Below, in pieces: positions 45,022-54,243 of a stretch of 64,000 nucleotides of DNA. The notes under the pieces are model-generated. The model saw only the letters and a list, made by a program, of their open reading frames with translations. It had not been told where the DNA came from and made no database searches. Source of the stretch: an uncultured Phascolarctobacterium sp. (GTDB lineage: Bacteria > Bacillota > Negativicutes > Acidaminococcales > Acidaminococcaceae); contig CANREP010000001.1 of assembly GCA_947629685.1 (NCBI GenBank), positions 113,958-177,957 of the forward strand, read 5' to 3'. A program made the translations under genes and the position numbers. Within the stretch, counting starts at the first letter, position 1, and the number at the start of each line of letters is the position of its first letter.

Positions 45022-45548
45022 TGAAATATGAATTACGTTTAAGCGGTACCGGCGGTCAAGGCCTGATCCTCGCCGGCATTATTCTGGCAGAAGCAGCGCT
45101 GCTGGACGAAAAACTTGCTATCCAGTCCCAGTCTTACGGACCGGAAGCAAGGGGCGGCGCTTCTAAATCTGAAGTAATCATTGCCGACGAAGTTATCCAT
45201 TTCCCCAAGGTTACTAAACCTAACCTGCTGCTGGCCATGAGCCAGGAAGCCGCCGCTAAATATTCCCATGACCTGGATCAGGACAGTATCCTGATTACCG
45301 ACAGTCTGTTTGTCAAAGACGTTCCTGCATTCGGCGGCAAGGTATATGAACTGCCCATTACTCACAGCGCTAAAGAAGAACTGGGCAAAGGTCTTTTTGC
45401 CAACATCGTAGCGCTGGGCGCACTGGTAAAACTGACCGGTATCGTCACCGAAGCGAGCCTGGTCAAAGCCGTACTGAACCGCGTCCCTAAAGGAACTGAA
45501 GAAGCTAACAAAAAAGCCTTGACAGTGGGTATGAACTTAATTAAATAA
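45021..45548 (+). CDS. korC: 2-oxoacid:ferredoxin oxidoreductase gamma subunit
   Basis: 175 aa with ...GTGGQGLILAG..LA.AA.......Q.YGPEARGG.S.... Confidence 0.9.
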   Translation: MKYELRLSGTGGQGLILAGIILAEAALLDEKLAIQSQSYGPEARGGASKSEVIIADEVIHFPKVTKPNLLLAMSQEAAAKYSHDLDQDSILITDSLFVKDVPAFGGKVYELPITHSAKEELGKGLFANIVALGALVKLTGIVTEASLVKAVLNRVPKGTEEANKKALTVGMNLIK

Positions 45549-45550
45549 AA

Positions 45551-45590
45551 ATAAAAAACGCAGATGTAATCATCTGCGTTTTTTTATTTT
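45551..45590. terminator. bidirectional intrinsic terminator after korC
   Basis: AACGCAGATG-TAAT-CATCTGCGTT flanked by A- and T-runs. Confidence 0.85.
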
Positions 45591-45719
45591 CGCGTGACAG
45601 GTGACTGTTTGCCAGTCTTTTTCATTTTCTCCAAATATCCCCTCAATTTGGCCGCTTCCGCGAATACTGCCTTTCTCTTTTTCTTGGCAGTATATAGCCA
45701 CGCGTTAAGCTTTCAGCTT

Positions 45720-45771
45720 ATAAAAAAACAACAATGGACTGAAAGCATCTGCTCACAACTCCATTGTTGTT
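45720..45771 (-). terminator. orphan minus-strand terminator-like hairpin
   Basis: Perfect 12-bp stem AACAACAATGGA/TCCATTGTTGTT with a 21-nt loop. On the minus strand it is followed by TTTTTTTT. No minus-strand gene lies upstream of it. Confidence 0.5.
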
Positions 45772-45908
45772 GAGTATTATTATAACACTATTATACATAT
45801 ATGTAAATATTTTCTTAACTATTTTTGTATATTTCTTTTTAATGTTCGGCTTTTATAGCCTTTTAGGCATTTTTTCTTATTTTTTACACTTTAATGTTCC
45901 GTTTTTTC

Positions 45909-45937
45909 TTGACAAAAGCCGTATAAAAATTTAAACT
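45909..45937 (+). promoter_or_regulatory. sigma-70-type promoter of purC
   Basis: TTGACA (45909-14), 17 nt, TAAACT (45932-37). Confidence 0.5.
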
Positions 45938-45957
45938 ACTAACATAAAAGTACGCAG

Positions 45958-45994
45958 AGGTACTTAATCCACTATAAAAGGCAGGTACTTAATC
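45958..45994 (+). repeat. 12-nt direct repeat AGGTACTTAATC x2
   Basis: Copies at 45958-69 and 45983-94. The second copy ends directly at the purC ATG and supplies its SD-like AGG. Confidence 0.8.
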
Positions 45995-46699
45995 ATGGCT
46001 GAAATGTTATATGAGGGGAAAGCAAAAAAGGTTTTTGCTACAGAAAATCCTAACGAAGTAGTTATCTATTATAAAGATGACGCCACCGCTTTCAACGGGT
46101 TAAAGAAAGGTACCATCATGGATAAAGGTATCATGAACAATACCATTACTACCTTCTTCTTTGACCTGCTTGGTAAAAACGGTATCCCGCATCATCAGAT
46201 CAAAAAGCTCTCCGAGCGAGAATCCTTATGCAAAAAAGTGCATATCATCCCACTCGAAGTAGTTACCCGCAACATAGCTGCCGGCAGCCTGGCAAAAAAA
46301 ATGGGCGTAGAAGAAGGCTATGTGCTGAAAAAACCTATTATCGAATTTTGTTATAAAAACGACGACCTGGGCGACCCCATGATTAACGACGACTACGCCG
46401 AAGCCTTCGGTATCGCCACCGACGCGCAGGTACAGGAAATCAAAGCCCTTACCCTGAAAATAAACGATATCCTGAAAAAATTCCTTGCTGAACGTAAAAT
46501 CCGTTTAGTAGACTTTAAAATGGAATTCGGTACCGACGCCGACGGCAAAGTCATCCTGGCTGACGAAATCACCCCGGATACCGCCCGTCTCTGGGACTGG
46601 GATACTAACGAAAAACTTGATAAAGACCGCTTCCGCCGGGATCTTGGTAATGTAGAAGAAGCTTACCATGAAGTTATCCGCCGCCTGACCGGTAAATAA
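45995..46699 (+). CDS. purC: phosphoribosylaminoimidazole-succinocarboxamide synthase
   Basis: 234 aa with LYEGKAKKVF, IPLEVVTRN.AAGS, LVDFK.EFG and ...DEI.PD..R.WD. Confidence 0.95.
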   Translation: MAEMLYEGKAKKVFATENPNEVVIYYKDDATAFNGLKKGTIMDKGIMNNTITTFFFDLLGKNGIPHHQIKKLSERESLCKKVHIIPLEVVTRNIAAGSLAKKMGVEEGYVLKKPIIEFCYKNDDLGDPMINDDYAEAFGIATDAQVQEIKALTLKINDILKKFLAERKIRLVDFKMEFGTDADGKVILADEITPDTARLWDWDTNEKLDKDRFRRDLGNVEEAYHEVIRRLTGK

Positions 46700-46703
46700 G
46701 CTG

Positions 46704-46741
46704 CAAAAAAAGACGCATATCACATGAATGCGTCTTTTTTA
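46704..46741. terminator. bidirectional intrinsic terminator
   Basis: AAGACGCAT-loop-ATGCGTCTT flanked by A- and T-runs. Confidence 0.85.
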
Positions 46742-46761
46742 TTTTCCTATGCAGGCAATAT

Positions 46762-47892
46762 TTATTTTATTTTTATCAGTTCATAACTTCTGGTACCAAG
46801 TCCCAGTTTCTCCGCGTGCTGCAGGCAGGTCTTCCATTCAGATTCCGGCGTAATGTTGTGGAAATGATCGTGTCCCTGGCAAGCTTCGGCATGATCGCGT
46901 AAATGTTCTGCCAGCACGGAATTTTCCATAACAGGAGCGGCATTTACCAAATCTGCGCAGGCCTGGTCCAGCGCTACTGGGTCAAAGGAAGCCAGCATAC
47001 CGATATCCGGCACTACGGGCGCATCGTTTTCTGCATGGCAGTCGCAATAAGGAGAAACATCCACAATCAGGCTGATATGGAAATGAGGTCTGCCGTTGAG
47101 GACAGCAAAAGCATATTCTGCCATACGTTTGTTAAGGTTCTCCATGCTGGCATCATTCAAGGCATGGATAGCATCCATCGGGCAGATACCCAGGCAGCGT
47201 CCGCAGCCTACGCATTTGTTAATATCGATAGAAGCTTTGCCGTCCGTGATTGACGGGGCGTTATGAGCGCAGATTTTTACGCAGCGTCCGCAGCCGATAC
47301 ATTTCTTTTGCGAAACTTTGGGCTTCCCGTCGTTATGCATCTCCATCTTACCGGCGCGGGAACCGCCGCCCATACCAATATTTTTCAGCGCGCCTCCGAA
47401 TCCGGTCATTTCATGTCCTTTAAAATGAGTGAGACTGATGACGATGTCGGCATCCATCAGCGCCCGGCCTATCTTGGCCTCTTTGACCAGCTCGCCGCCC
47501 GGCACCGGCACATAAGCTTCGTCCGTGCCTTTCAGTCCGTCGGCAATAATTACATGACAGCCGGTAGAAAAAGGACTGAAACCGTTTTCATAAGCGGAGG
47601 AGATATGCTCCAGCGCATGTTTTCTGCGGCCTACATACAGGGTGTTGCAGTCGGTCAGGAAGGGATAGCCGCCCAATTCTTTGACCACGTCGGCTACAGC
47701 TTTGGCATAATTGGGGCGCAGGTAAGAAACATTGCCCGGCTCGCCAAAATGAATCTTGATAGCGGCAAATTGTTTCTCAAAATCAATATTGCCGATACCG
47801 GCAGCCTTAATCAGTTTCTGCAGCTTCTGCGGCATACTCAGGCTGCCGTAAGCGGTACGAAAATCTGTAAAATAAACTTTAGCCTTTTCCAT
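46762..47892 (-). CDS. DUF362 domain protein with two 4Fe-4S ferredoxin motifs
   Basis: About 376 aa with KVYFTDFRT...AIKIHFGE.GN..YLRPNY...PFLTDCNTLY, then CIGCGRCVKIC and CVGCGRCLGICP. ATG 47892 with SD GGGGGAG. Confidence 0.75.
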   Translation of the reverse strand: MEKAKVYFTDFRTAYGSLSMPQKLQKLIKAAGIGNIDFEKQFAAIKIHFGEPGNVSYLRPNYAKAVADVVKELGGYPFLTDCNTLYVGRRKHALEHISSAYENGFSPFSTGCHVIIADGLKGTDEAYVPVPGGELVKEAKIGRALMDADIVISLTHFKGHEMTGFGGALKNIGMGGGSRAGKMEMHNDGKPKVSQKKCIGCGRCVKICAHNAPSITDGKASIDINKCVGCGRCLGICPMDAIHALNDASMENLNKRMAEYAFAVLNGRPHFHISLIVDVSPYCDCHAENDAPVVPDIGMLASFDPVALDQACADLVNAAPVMENSVLAEHLRDHAEACQGHDHFHNITPESEWKTCLQHAEKLGLGTRSYELIKIK

Positions 47893-47931
47893 AAAATCTC
47901 CCCCAATTCTCAAGGCTTATCTTACACTGCC

Positions 47932-48747
47932 CTATAACAGACCGGGCAGATATAAATCATCAGTAGTAATAAAAGGCTCGCCTAAAGCGCGGCCGGGAAC
48001 AAAAGTGCCGTGACAGTCACTGCCGCCGCTGATTAAAAGTCCGCGGCTGCGGCAATATTCCAGCAGTTTCCGGGTGTTTTCCTCACTGTGCCCGGAATGA
48101 TAACATTCAAACCCGTCAAAACTTTCATCTTCTAAAAGCTCCAGTACGCTTTCCAGTCCCGGACCATGAAAACCGCTGGCCGCATGAGCGCACACTGCCG
48201 CTCCTCCGGCAGCGTGAATAGTCGCAATGACCTCTCGCACCGGCGGGAACTCTGGAAAACCCAGCTTATGTTCCTTGGTGAAGATACGTCCGAAAAAGTC
48301 ATTGACATCCCGGCACAGGCCTTTATCCTGCAGATAGGCCAACGCCCGCCAGCCGCCGCGTCTGCGGTCATAATCATATCCGGCAAACTCACGCACGCTT
48401 ACCGGCCAGCCTTCCTGCTCCAGCACGGCGATACTGTCCACGTCCTTATCGTCCAATAATTTTTCATTATGCTGCAGCAAGGGCAGCAGCTCTTTATTGC
48501 CGATGTTGATACCATAGCCCAGGATGTGGAACATGGTTCCCGCCTTGGTAGCGCAGATCTCCGCAGCCGGAATAAACTTCATTCCCGCCGCACGCGCCAG
48601 CTTTTCAGCTTCTGCCACATTGGCAATACTGTCATGGTCGGTAACAGCCAATGCCTGCAGCCCCTTGGCGGCTGCCTGCTCTATCAGTTCCGCCGGCGTC
48701 CAGGTACCGTCGGAAGCAGTCGTATGGATATGCAGATCAGCCCTCAT
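47932..48747 (-). CDS. PHP-domain metal-dependent phosphoesterase (TrpH/YciV-like)
   Basis: MRADLHIHTTASDGTW...AVTDHD......H.......SGGSDCHG. ATG 48747 with SD GAGGAG, overlapping the znuB stop by 11 nt. The longest ORF (to 48888) would overlap znuB by 150 nt. Confidence 0.8.
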   Translation of the reverse strand: MRADLHIHTTASDGTWTPAELIEQAAAKGLQALAVTDHDSIANVAEAEKLARAAGMKFIPAAEICATKAGTMFHILGYGINIGNKELLPLLQHNEKLLDDKDVDSIAVLEQEGWPVSVREFAGYDYDRRRGGWRALAYLQDKGLCRDVNDFFGRIFTKEHKLGFPEFPPVREVIATIHAAGGAAVCAHAASGFHGPGLESVLELLEDESFDGFECYHSGHSEENTRKLLEYCRSRGLLISGGSDCHGTFVPGRALGEPFITTDDLYLPGLL

Positions 48748-49603
48748 TTGCTTTCTCCTCTTCGCAGATATGGCAATGATGCTGCTGCGGTTTCTGCAAT
48801 CCAGTCTTTTTCCGGCCGAAAAAGATGCTGCCAATAAACAGCGCTGTTTCCGTAAGTACGATGGTGCCGCCAGGCGCGAGATTAGCATAATAGGAAATCA
48901 CTAAGCCCAGCACTACGGAAACCAGTCCGTAGAAAATACTTTGCAGGATCGTAGAAGCGAAACTCTTGGCCGTCTGCAGCGCGCAGGCCACCGGGATGAC
49001 CATCATGGCGGATACCAAAAGCAGGCCCACGATGCGCATGGACAGCGCTACTGTAAGCGCCGTCAGCACAGCCAGCAGCATATTCAGTTTATCTACCGGC
49101 AGTCCTGCTACCCGGGCGGAAACTTCGTCAAAAGTCAAATACTGCAGCGGACGGTAATACAGCGCTACAAACAGGATAGTGCACAACCCCAGTACCGCGA
49201 CGATAAGCAAATCGCTGCCGCTGACGGTCATCAGGCTGCCAAACAAAATACTGCCCAAATTAAAGCCGCCTTCTTTATTGATACTGGTAAACACTACCGC
49301 CAGACCCATACCGCAGTAGAAGAAAATAGCCAGGATCATTTCTGCCGAAGCCGCCAGCCTGCTGCGCACACGCTCAATGGCCAGCGCTCCCAAAACAGTA
49401 GCCACGGCTGCGCTGATTACCGGACTGTACCCGCCCAGAGCGCCTGCCGCCACGCCGGCAAAGGCAATATGTCCCAGCCCGTCGCCTATCAGCGACTGAC
49501 GCCGCAGCACCAGGAAACTGCCAATCAGCGGACAGATAACCGCCATAATCATACCGGCAATCCAGGCCCGCTGCATAAATTCCATTTCAAATATTTCCAA
49601 CAT
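48737..49603 (-). CDS. znuB: metal (Zn/Mn) ABC transporter permease, ZnuB/TroC family
   Basis: About 288 aa with 8-9 TM helices and the ABC-3 family pattern. The C-terminal tail is QQHHCHICEEE. Alternative start at 49636. Confidence 0.85.
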   Translation of the reverse strand: MLEIFEMEFMQRAWIAGMIMAVICPLIGSFLVLRRQSLIGDGLGHIAFAGVAAGALGGYSPVISAAVATVLGALAIERVRSRLAASAEMILAIFFYCGMGLAVVFTSINKEGGFNLGSILFGSLMTVSGSDLLIVAVLGLCTILFVALYYRPLQYLTFDEVSARVAGLPVDKLNMLLAVLTALTVALSMRIVGLLLVSAMMVIPVACALQTAKSFASTILQSIFYGLVSVVLGLVISYYANLAPGGTIVLTETALFIGSIFFGRKKTGLQKPQQHHCHICEEEKANEG

Positions 49604-49616
49604 AAAAATCTCCGTC

Positions 49617-50336
49617 TTATCTGTAAAAATATCCATGTCTGTGATGATGTTTCAACGCGGCATGTACTTCGCCCCAGAAGCAGATGCCATGATCCAGGCA
49701 CAGTGCGTTACGCGCAGCGTCAGCCGCCAGGTCCAGGTCATGCGATACCATGACGACAGTCACTCCCTGCTCCCGGTTGATGCGTTTCAACATGGCATAC
49801 AGCGATATCTTCGCCGCCGTGTCTACACCTGTCGCCGGTTCATCCAGCAAGAGTATTTCCGGCTGTTTGACCATAGCGCGCGCCAAAAATACCCTCTGCT
49901 GCTGCCCGCCGCTCAGCTCGCCTATCTTGCGGTGCTGCAGCTCCTGCAGGTCAAAATATTTCAGCAATTCTTCCAGCCGCTGCCTGTCAGCCTGATTAGG
50001 CCGATGCAGCAGCGACGTCTTATTCAGTAGCCCCAGGGCGATGACCTCGCGGACACTGATAGGGAAATCACGCTGCTGCCGGGCAGGATTCTGCGGCACA
50101 TAGCCGATTTTTTCCCAGTTATCAAACTTTTCTACCGGCACGCCATAGTAGTAGATATCTCCCTGCGTCGGCTGGGTTACATGCGCCAGCATCTTGAGCA
50201 GCGTACTCTTACCGGCGCCGTTGGCTCCGATGACCGCTACAAAGTCTCCCTGCTCGATTTCCAGATTCAATTTATGAAAGACCCAGCCCTCGCCGTAGTC
50301 GAAGCCGAGATCTTCAATCCTGATGATTTTCTCCAT
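49617..50336 (-). CDS. znuC: metal ABC transporter ATP-binding protein, ZnuC family
   Basis: 239 aa with Walker A GANGAGKST, signature LSGGQQQR and a His-rich C-terminus KHHHRHG. Confidence 0.85.
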   Translation of the reverse strand: MEKIIRIEDLGFDYGEGWVFHKLNLEIEQGDFVAVIGANGAGKSTLLKMLAHVTQPTQGDIYYYGVPVEKFDNWEKIGYVPQNPARQQRDFPISVREVIALGLLNKTSLLHRPNQADRQRLEELLKYFDLQELQHRKIGELSGGQQQRVFLARAMVKQPEILLLDEPATGVDTAAKISLYAMLKRINREQGVTVVMVSHDLDLAADAARNALCLDHGICFWGEVHAALKHHHRHGYFYR

Positions 50337-50345
50337 TTTACATCC

Positions 50346-51221
50346 TTACTGCACAGCCAGCGCCAGTTTAAGATTATCAATATTGCGTTGCATAATCTTG
50401 ATATAGTCCAAATTTTCTTTGCGCCCTTCTTCGCTCAAGCCCTCCAACGGATCAAGCACCGCTGTCTGCACGCCGGTCTCTTTGGCCAGTACCTTAGCGA
50501 TGCGCGGATCGGACAATGTTTCAAAAAAGATATAGTCTACCTGCTCCCGCTTTACGATACCGGCCAGCCGCTGCAAATCGGCAGGCGTAGGCTCTGCCTG
50601 CGGCGAAAGCCCGCTCACTGCCAGCTGCCGTAGTCCGTAGTCGGCAGCAAGATGTCCGAAGGCTGCGTGAGAAGTTATAAATACTCTTTTCTGCGCCGCA
50701 GCTGCTATTTCCTGCATCTGGCGGTCAAGCTCCTGCAGCTGCGCCAGATATTTTCTGCTGTTTTCCTGATAATAGGCGGCATTGGCAGCATCGGCCTCAC
50801 AGAAAGCATCTGTAATACGTTCTACCTCTATCATGGCTTTTTTAGGACTGATCCAGACATGCGGGTCCTGTTTGCCGCCGTTCTCATATAAACCTCTGCC
50901 AGCCTGCACGGCCAGTACCTTCCGTTCTGCCACGGCCTGCAGCGCCTGTTCGGCCCAAGGCTCCACCAGTCCGTTATATACAAAAAGCTGCGACCTGCCT
51001 ATCTTAGTCAGATCGCGCGGCGACGGCTCCCAGTCATGGGGCTCGGCTCCGTCCGGCACCAGCATCGTCACCTGCGCCCGCTCGCCGCCTATTGCCCTGG
51101 CAAACTCTGCCATCGGATAAAAGCTCGCCGTCACCTGCAGCTTATCTTGCTCCGTATTATTATCAGTACAGCCGCCGACCAACAACGCCAGCAGCACCAA
51201 AAGCCAAAAAATTTTCTTCAT
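50346..51221 (-). CDS. znuA: metal ABC transporter substrate-binding lipoprotein, ZnuA/TroA family
   Basis: 291 aa with lipobox LVGGC/T, and EPHDWEPSP and HAAFGHLA metal-ligand motifs. Confidence 0.85.
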   Translation of the reverse strand: MKKIFWLLVLLALLVGGCTDNNTEQDKLQVTASFYPMAEFARAIGGERAQVTMLVPDGAEPHDWEPSPRDLTKIGRSQLFVYNGLVEPWAEQALQAVAERKVLAVQAGRGLYENGGKQDPHVWISPKKAMIEVERITDAFCEADAANAAYYQENSRKYLAQLQELDRQMQEIAAAAQKRVFITSHAAFGHLAADYGLRQLAVSGLSPQAEPTPADLQRLAGIVKREQVDYIFFETLSDPRIAKVLAKETGVQTAVLDPLEGLSEEGRKENLDYIKIMQRNIDNLKLALAVQ

Positions 51222-51354
51222 TGATTACCTCCTTAGATAGTTTATTTACCTTAATTATTAGTTTGTCAAATTTTCTCTATTATACTACAATATACGATAA
51301 TAAAGAAAATATTTCTTCCTTTCCCGTTTATCAACAAAACAAGGAGTGATCTTC

Positions 51355-51993
51355 ATGCTGCCAGAAAAGAAATTTATCGCCTCATTTGATATCGACGCGC
51401 AAAACACTTTTACGCCTGTCTGCCCGGATGAACTTCCCGTAGCAGGCGGCGATACTATTGCTGCCGAACTTAACGCCCAGGCAGGCTTTGCTTCTTTGCG
51501 CATAGCTTCCCGCGACGCTCATCCCGCCGGCGCGTTGTGGCTGAGCAGCCCGGAATGTCCGCCTCTGACGCCTATTTCAGGTTATCCCGACCTTGACCTG
51601 CGCTGGCCCGCTCATGCTATCGTCGGTACCAAGGGCTTCGACTTTATTGATGGTCTTGATCCTGCCGCCTACGCTTTCCAGGTTTTCAAAGGTATAGAGC
51701 CGGATAAGCATCCTTACGGCGCCTGCTATCACGATCTTGCGGATAAACTGTCGACCGGAGTTATCGAGTACCTGCGCTGTAATAATATCACTACGGTAAT
51801 CTGCGGCGGCCTGGCAACGGACTACTGCGTAAAAAATACCATCCTGCAGCTGCGCCGTGCCGGGTTCGACGTCATCCTCAATCAGGCGGCCTGCCGCGGT
51901 ATCGCGCCGGATACCATAGCTGCCGCCATGGAGGAAATGACTGCTGCAGGAGTACGTTTTGTTAACTGCGCAGCTGACCTTGCCAAACTGTAA
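51355..51993 (+). CDS. isochorismatase-family hydrolase (nicotinamidase/PncA-like)
   Basis: About 212 aa with DIDAQN.F......L.V.GG and GLATDYCV (catalytic Cys). ATG 51355 lies 8 nt after AAGGAG. Confidence 0.7.
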   Translation: MLPEKKFIASFDIDAQNTFTPVCPDELPVAGGDTIAAELNAQAGFASLRIASRDAHPAGALWLSSPECPPLTPISGYPDLDLRWPAHAIVGTKGFDFIDGLDPAAYAFQVFKGIEPDKHPYGACYHDLADKLSTGVIEYLRCNNITTVICGGLATDYCVKNTILQLRRAGFDVILNQAACRGIAPDTIAAAMEEMTAAGVRFVNCAADLAKL

Positions 51994-52013
51994 TCACATA
52001 CTCTGCTAAACAG

Positions 52014-52050
52014 CAAAACCACCTTCGTCAGCGAAGGTGGTTTTATTTTT
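52014..52050. terminator. bidirectional intrinsic terminator
   Basis: AAACCACCTTCG-TCAG-CGAAGGTGGTTT followed by TATTTTT. Confidence 0.85.
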
Positions 52051-53290
52051 ATATTTCGTTCGTCAGCCTTTGCAATACTGCATCCAGCAAACAACTGCAG
52101 CGGAAAATATTTTCCGGCGTACTATATTCTGCCGCGGCGTGGCTGATACCGCGTACACTGGGTACAAAAAGCATCACTGCGGGAATACCTGCTCCAGCAA
52201 AAATCTGTGTATCATGCCCGGCCCAACTGGGAAGAGCAAGATAATCCAGATGCAGACGCTCCGCTTCCTCAGAAGCCGTTGTCACCAGCCGTTCAGACAA
52301 CGGCACCGCCGACACATGGAAATCACCGTCTGTCTGCCAAATCACACCGTTGGCAGCTGCAGCCTGCTCGATAATACGCAGTACCTGCCCTCTCACCTCC
52401 TGCAAGATAGCATCATCATAAGAACGTGTTTCCACGCACAGGCTAACCCGGCCGGGAACGATATTGGGCACATTCGGCTCCACGGTAAACTTTCCCACCG
52501 TAGCCACAAAACGCCTGTCCTGCCGCGCCAGATCGCGCACGGCAATAATCACTTCCGCTCCGGCAGCTGCCGCATCACGGCGCCGGTGCATGGCGGTAGT
52601 ACCGGCATGATTGGCTTCCCCGCAAAAAGTAATATGCAGACGGTCATAGCCGACGATATGCGTTACGATACCAACTTCACGCTCCTGTTCATCCAGCTCC
52701 GCCCCCTGCTCGATATGCAGTTCCACAAAAGCCGCCAGATTGCCGAACCCACAGGCCGCACTGCTCAGAGCATCCTGCGGCAGTCCTGCTTCGCGCAGAC
52801 AGTCTGCCAGCGTACCCGCCCTGCTTGTACATTTTATCTCATCTGCCTGTCTGCCCTTAAACTCACCGCTGCGCACCCGCACACCAAAACAGGCCATCCC
52901 AAAAGCTGTGCCTTCCTCCTCGGCAGTAGCTATTACCTGCAGGCTGCGCTGAGGCATATAGCCGTCCTCCTGCCAGCTGCGGGCCACTTCCAGCGCTGCT
53001 GCTATTCCCAGCACGCCGTCAAAATTTCCGCCCTGAGGCACTGTGTCAAGATGCGAACCACTCATTACAGCAGGCAACTGCGGCTGTTTGCCCCGCAGCG
53101 TACCGATAAGATTACCGGCTGCGTCAATCTCTGTCGTCATGCCGGCCTGCTCCATTTCCTGCCGCAGATATTCCTGGGCTTGCATAAATTCCCTGCTGTA
53201 AGTAAGCCTGGTAGTGCCTCCGTCAGGCAACGCTCCGTATTCTGCCAGCTTCTGCAGCGTCTGCTGCAGTCTTGCACTGTTTATCGCCAT
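52049..53290 (-). CDS. M20-family Zn-dependent amidohydrolase (allantoate amidohydrolase / N-carbamoyl-L-amino-acid hydrolase type)
   Basis: 413 aa with GSHLDTVPQGGNFDGVLGIAAALEV and ...GEANHAGTT..., the AmaB/AllC family pattern. Confidence 0.8.
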   Translation of the reverse strand: MAINSARLQQTLQKLAEYGALPDGGTTRLTYSREFMQAQEYLRQEMEQAGMTTEIDAAGNLIGTLRGKQPQLPAVMSGSHLDTVPQGGNFDGVLGIAAALEVARSWQEDGYMPQRSLQVIATAEEEGTAFGMACFGVRVRSGEFKGRQADEIKCTSRAGTLADCLREAGLPQDALSSAACGFGNLAAFVELHIEQGAELDEQEREVGIVTHIVGYDRLHITFCGEANHAGTTAMHRRRDAAAAGAEVIIAVRDLARQDRRFVATVGKFTVEPNVPNIVPGRVSLCVETRSYDDAILQEVRGQVLRIIEQAAAANGVIWQTDGDFHVSAVPLSERLVTTASEEAERLHLDYLALPSWAGHDTQIFAGAGIPAVMLFVPSVRGISHAAAEYSTPENIFRCSCLLDAVLQRLTNEI

Positions 53291-53307
53291 AACGCTTACC
53301 CCTTTCC

Positions 53308-54111
53308 TTACAGATAGTTCAGTATTTCTGCCGCATGAGGCAGGATAATATCCGGCTTGATATCTCCCTGCTCGACATCCTGCATAGTCGCTTCGCCGGT
53401 AAGCACCATGACGGAAAGGATACCATTGTTCAGTCCGAAAGCAATATCTGTCGAAAGCCTGTCGCCTACCATGGCGATTTCTTCTTTTCTGTAGCCCGTC
53501 TTATCCAGCACCACATCCACCATGTACTGATAGGGCTTGCCGAAAATCAGCTGCGGCTTCTTGCCGGTAGCTGTTTCAATCAGCTGCAGCATCGCGCCGC
53601 AGTCAGGAATAAATTCCCCGCCTTCAATAGGACAACGCACATCGGGATGAGTGGCTACATAGGGCACTCCCCTATCGATTAACCGGCAGGCAGCCGCCAG
53701 CTTATCATACGCCAGCGTCATGTCAAAGCCGACTACCACGTAATCAGCTCCCTCTTCCAAACTGCTGCTGAGTTTAAAGCCTGCCTTGATAATTGTTTCT
53801 TCCAGCTGCGGCGTCCCCAGCACAAACAACTTTGCGCCGGGAGCAGTTTTGCGCATATAGTTGGTAAACGCATCTGATGAAATCAGAATATCGTCATATG
53901 TAACAGGTACGCCCAGCATGTTCATTTTTTCTACATAATGCCCGTGCCCTTTAGACGAATTGTTAGTCAGTAAATAATAATCCCTGCCCGCTTCCCGCAG
54001 TCTGTCAAAAAAACCTTCCATTCCCGGAATCAGCGTATTGCCAAGATTGATGGTGCCGTCCATGTCAAACAAAAAACATTTTATCTGTTTAAGCCGCTGT
54101 AAATCAGCCAT
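53308..54111 (-). CDS. HAD-IIA family hydrolase (NagD-like)
   Basis: 267 aa with FLFDMDGT, LTNNSS and GD...TDI motifs. Confidence 0.8.
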   Translation of the reverse strand: MADLQRLKQIKCFLFDMDGTINLGNTLIPGMEGFFDRLREAGRDYYLLTNNSSKGHGHYVEKMNMLGVPVTYDDILISSDAFTNYMRKTAPGAKLFVLGTPQLEETIIKAGFKLSSSLEEGADYVVVGFDMTLAYDKLAAACRLIDRGVPYVATHPDVRCPIEGGEFIPDCGAMLQLIETATGKKPQLIFGKPYQYMVDVVLDKTGYRKEEIAMVGDRLSTDIAFGLNNGILSVMVLTGEATMQDVEQGDIKPDIILPHAAEILNYL

Positions 54112-54204
54112 ATATTCCTCCCCTAAGCCAAAAGATTATTTTATTTGTTATTATAAAGCATTTTATAACAACAATAAACCGTTCTGCTCAAAAACACTGC
54201 CATA

Positions 54205-54233
54205 CAAAAAAGCACCGGCATGATACCGGTGCT
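54205..54233 (-). terminator. intrinsic terminator after the ABC ATPase gene
   Basis: Minus strand: AGCACCGG-loop-CCGGTGCT followed by TTTTTTG. Confidence 0.8.
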
Positions 54234-54243
54234 TGAATAGATT

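Noticed and set aside
45584-45625. Thirteen-codon minus-strand ORF (MKKTGKQSPVTRK) with a GGAG SD, ending in the korC terminator.
   Set aside because: It is too short, is basic and low-complexity, and matches no small-protein family I recognise. There is no evidence of a promoter. I kept it only as context for the orphan-terminator finding.
45776-45994. Expected a ZTP (pfl), purine riboswitch or PurR box in front of purC.
   Set aside because: No GGGTCGTGACTGGCG...CCGCCTGGGC-type ZTP core, purine-riboswitch core or AAACACGAACATTA-like PurBox is present. A partial ACTGGCAAAC match lies on the wrong strand, inside the 13-codon ORF region.
51222-51345. Zur or AdcR operator in the znuA/pncA-like divergent region.
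   Set aside because: Only weak partial matches exist (TAATAATTA, ATCGTA). Nothing approaches AAATCGTAATNATTACGATTT or TTAACNNGTTAA, so no operator is called.
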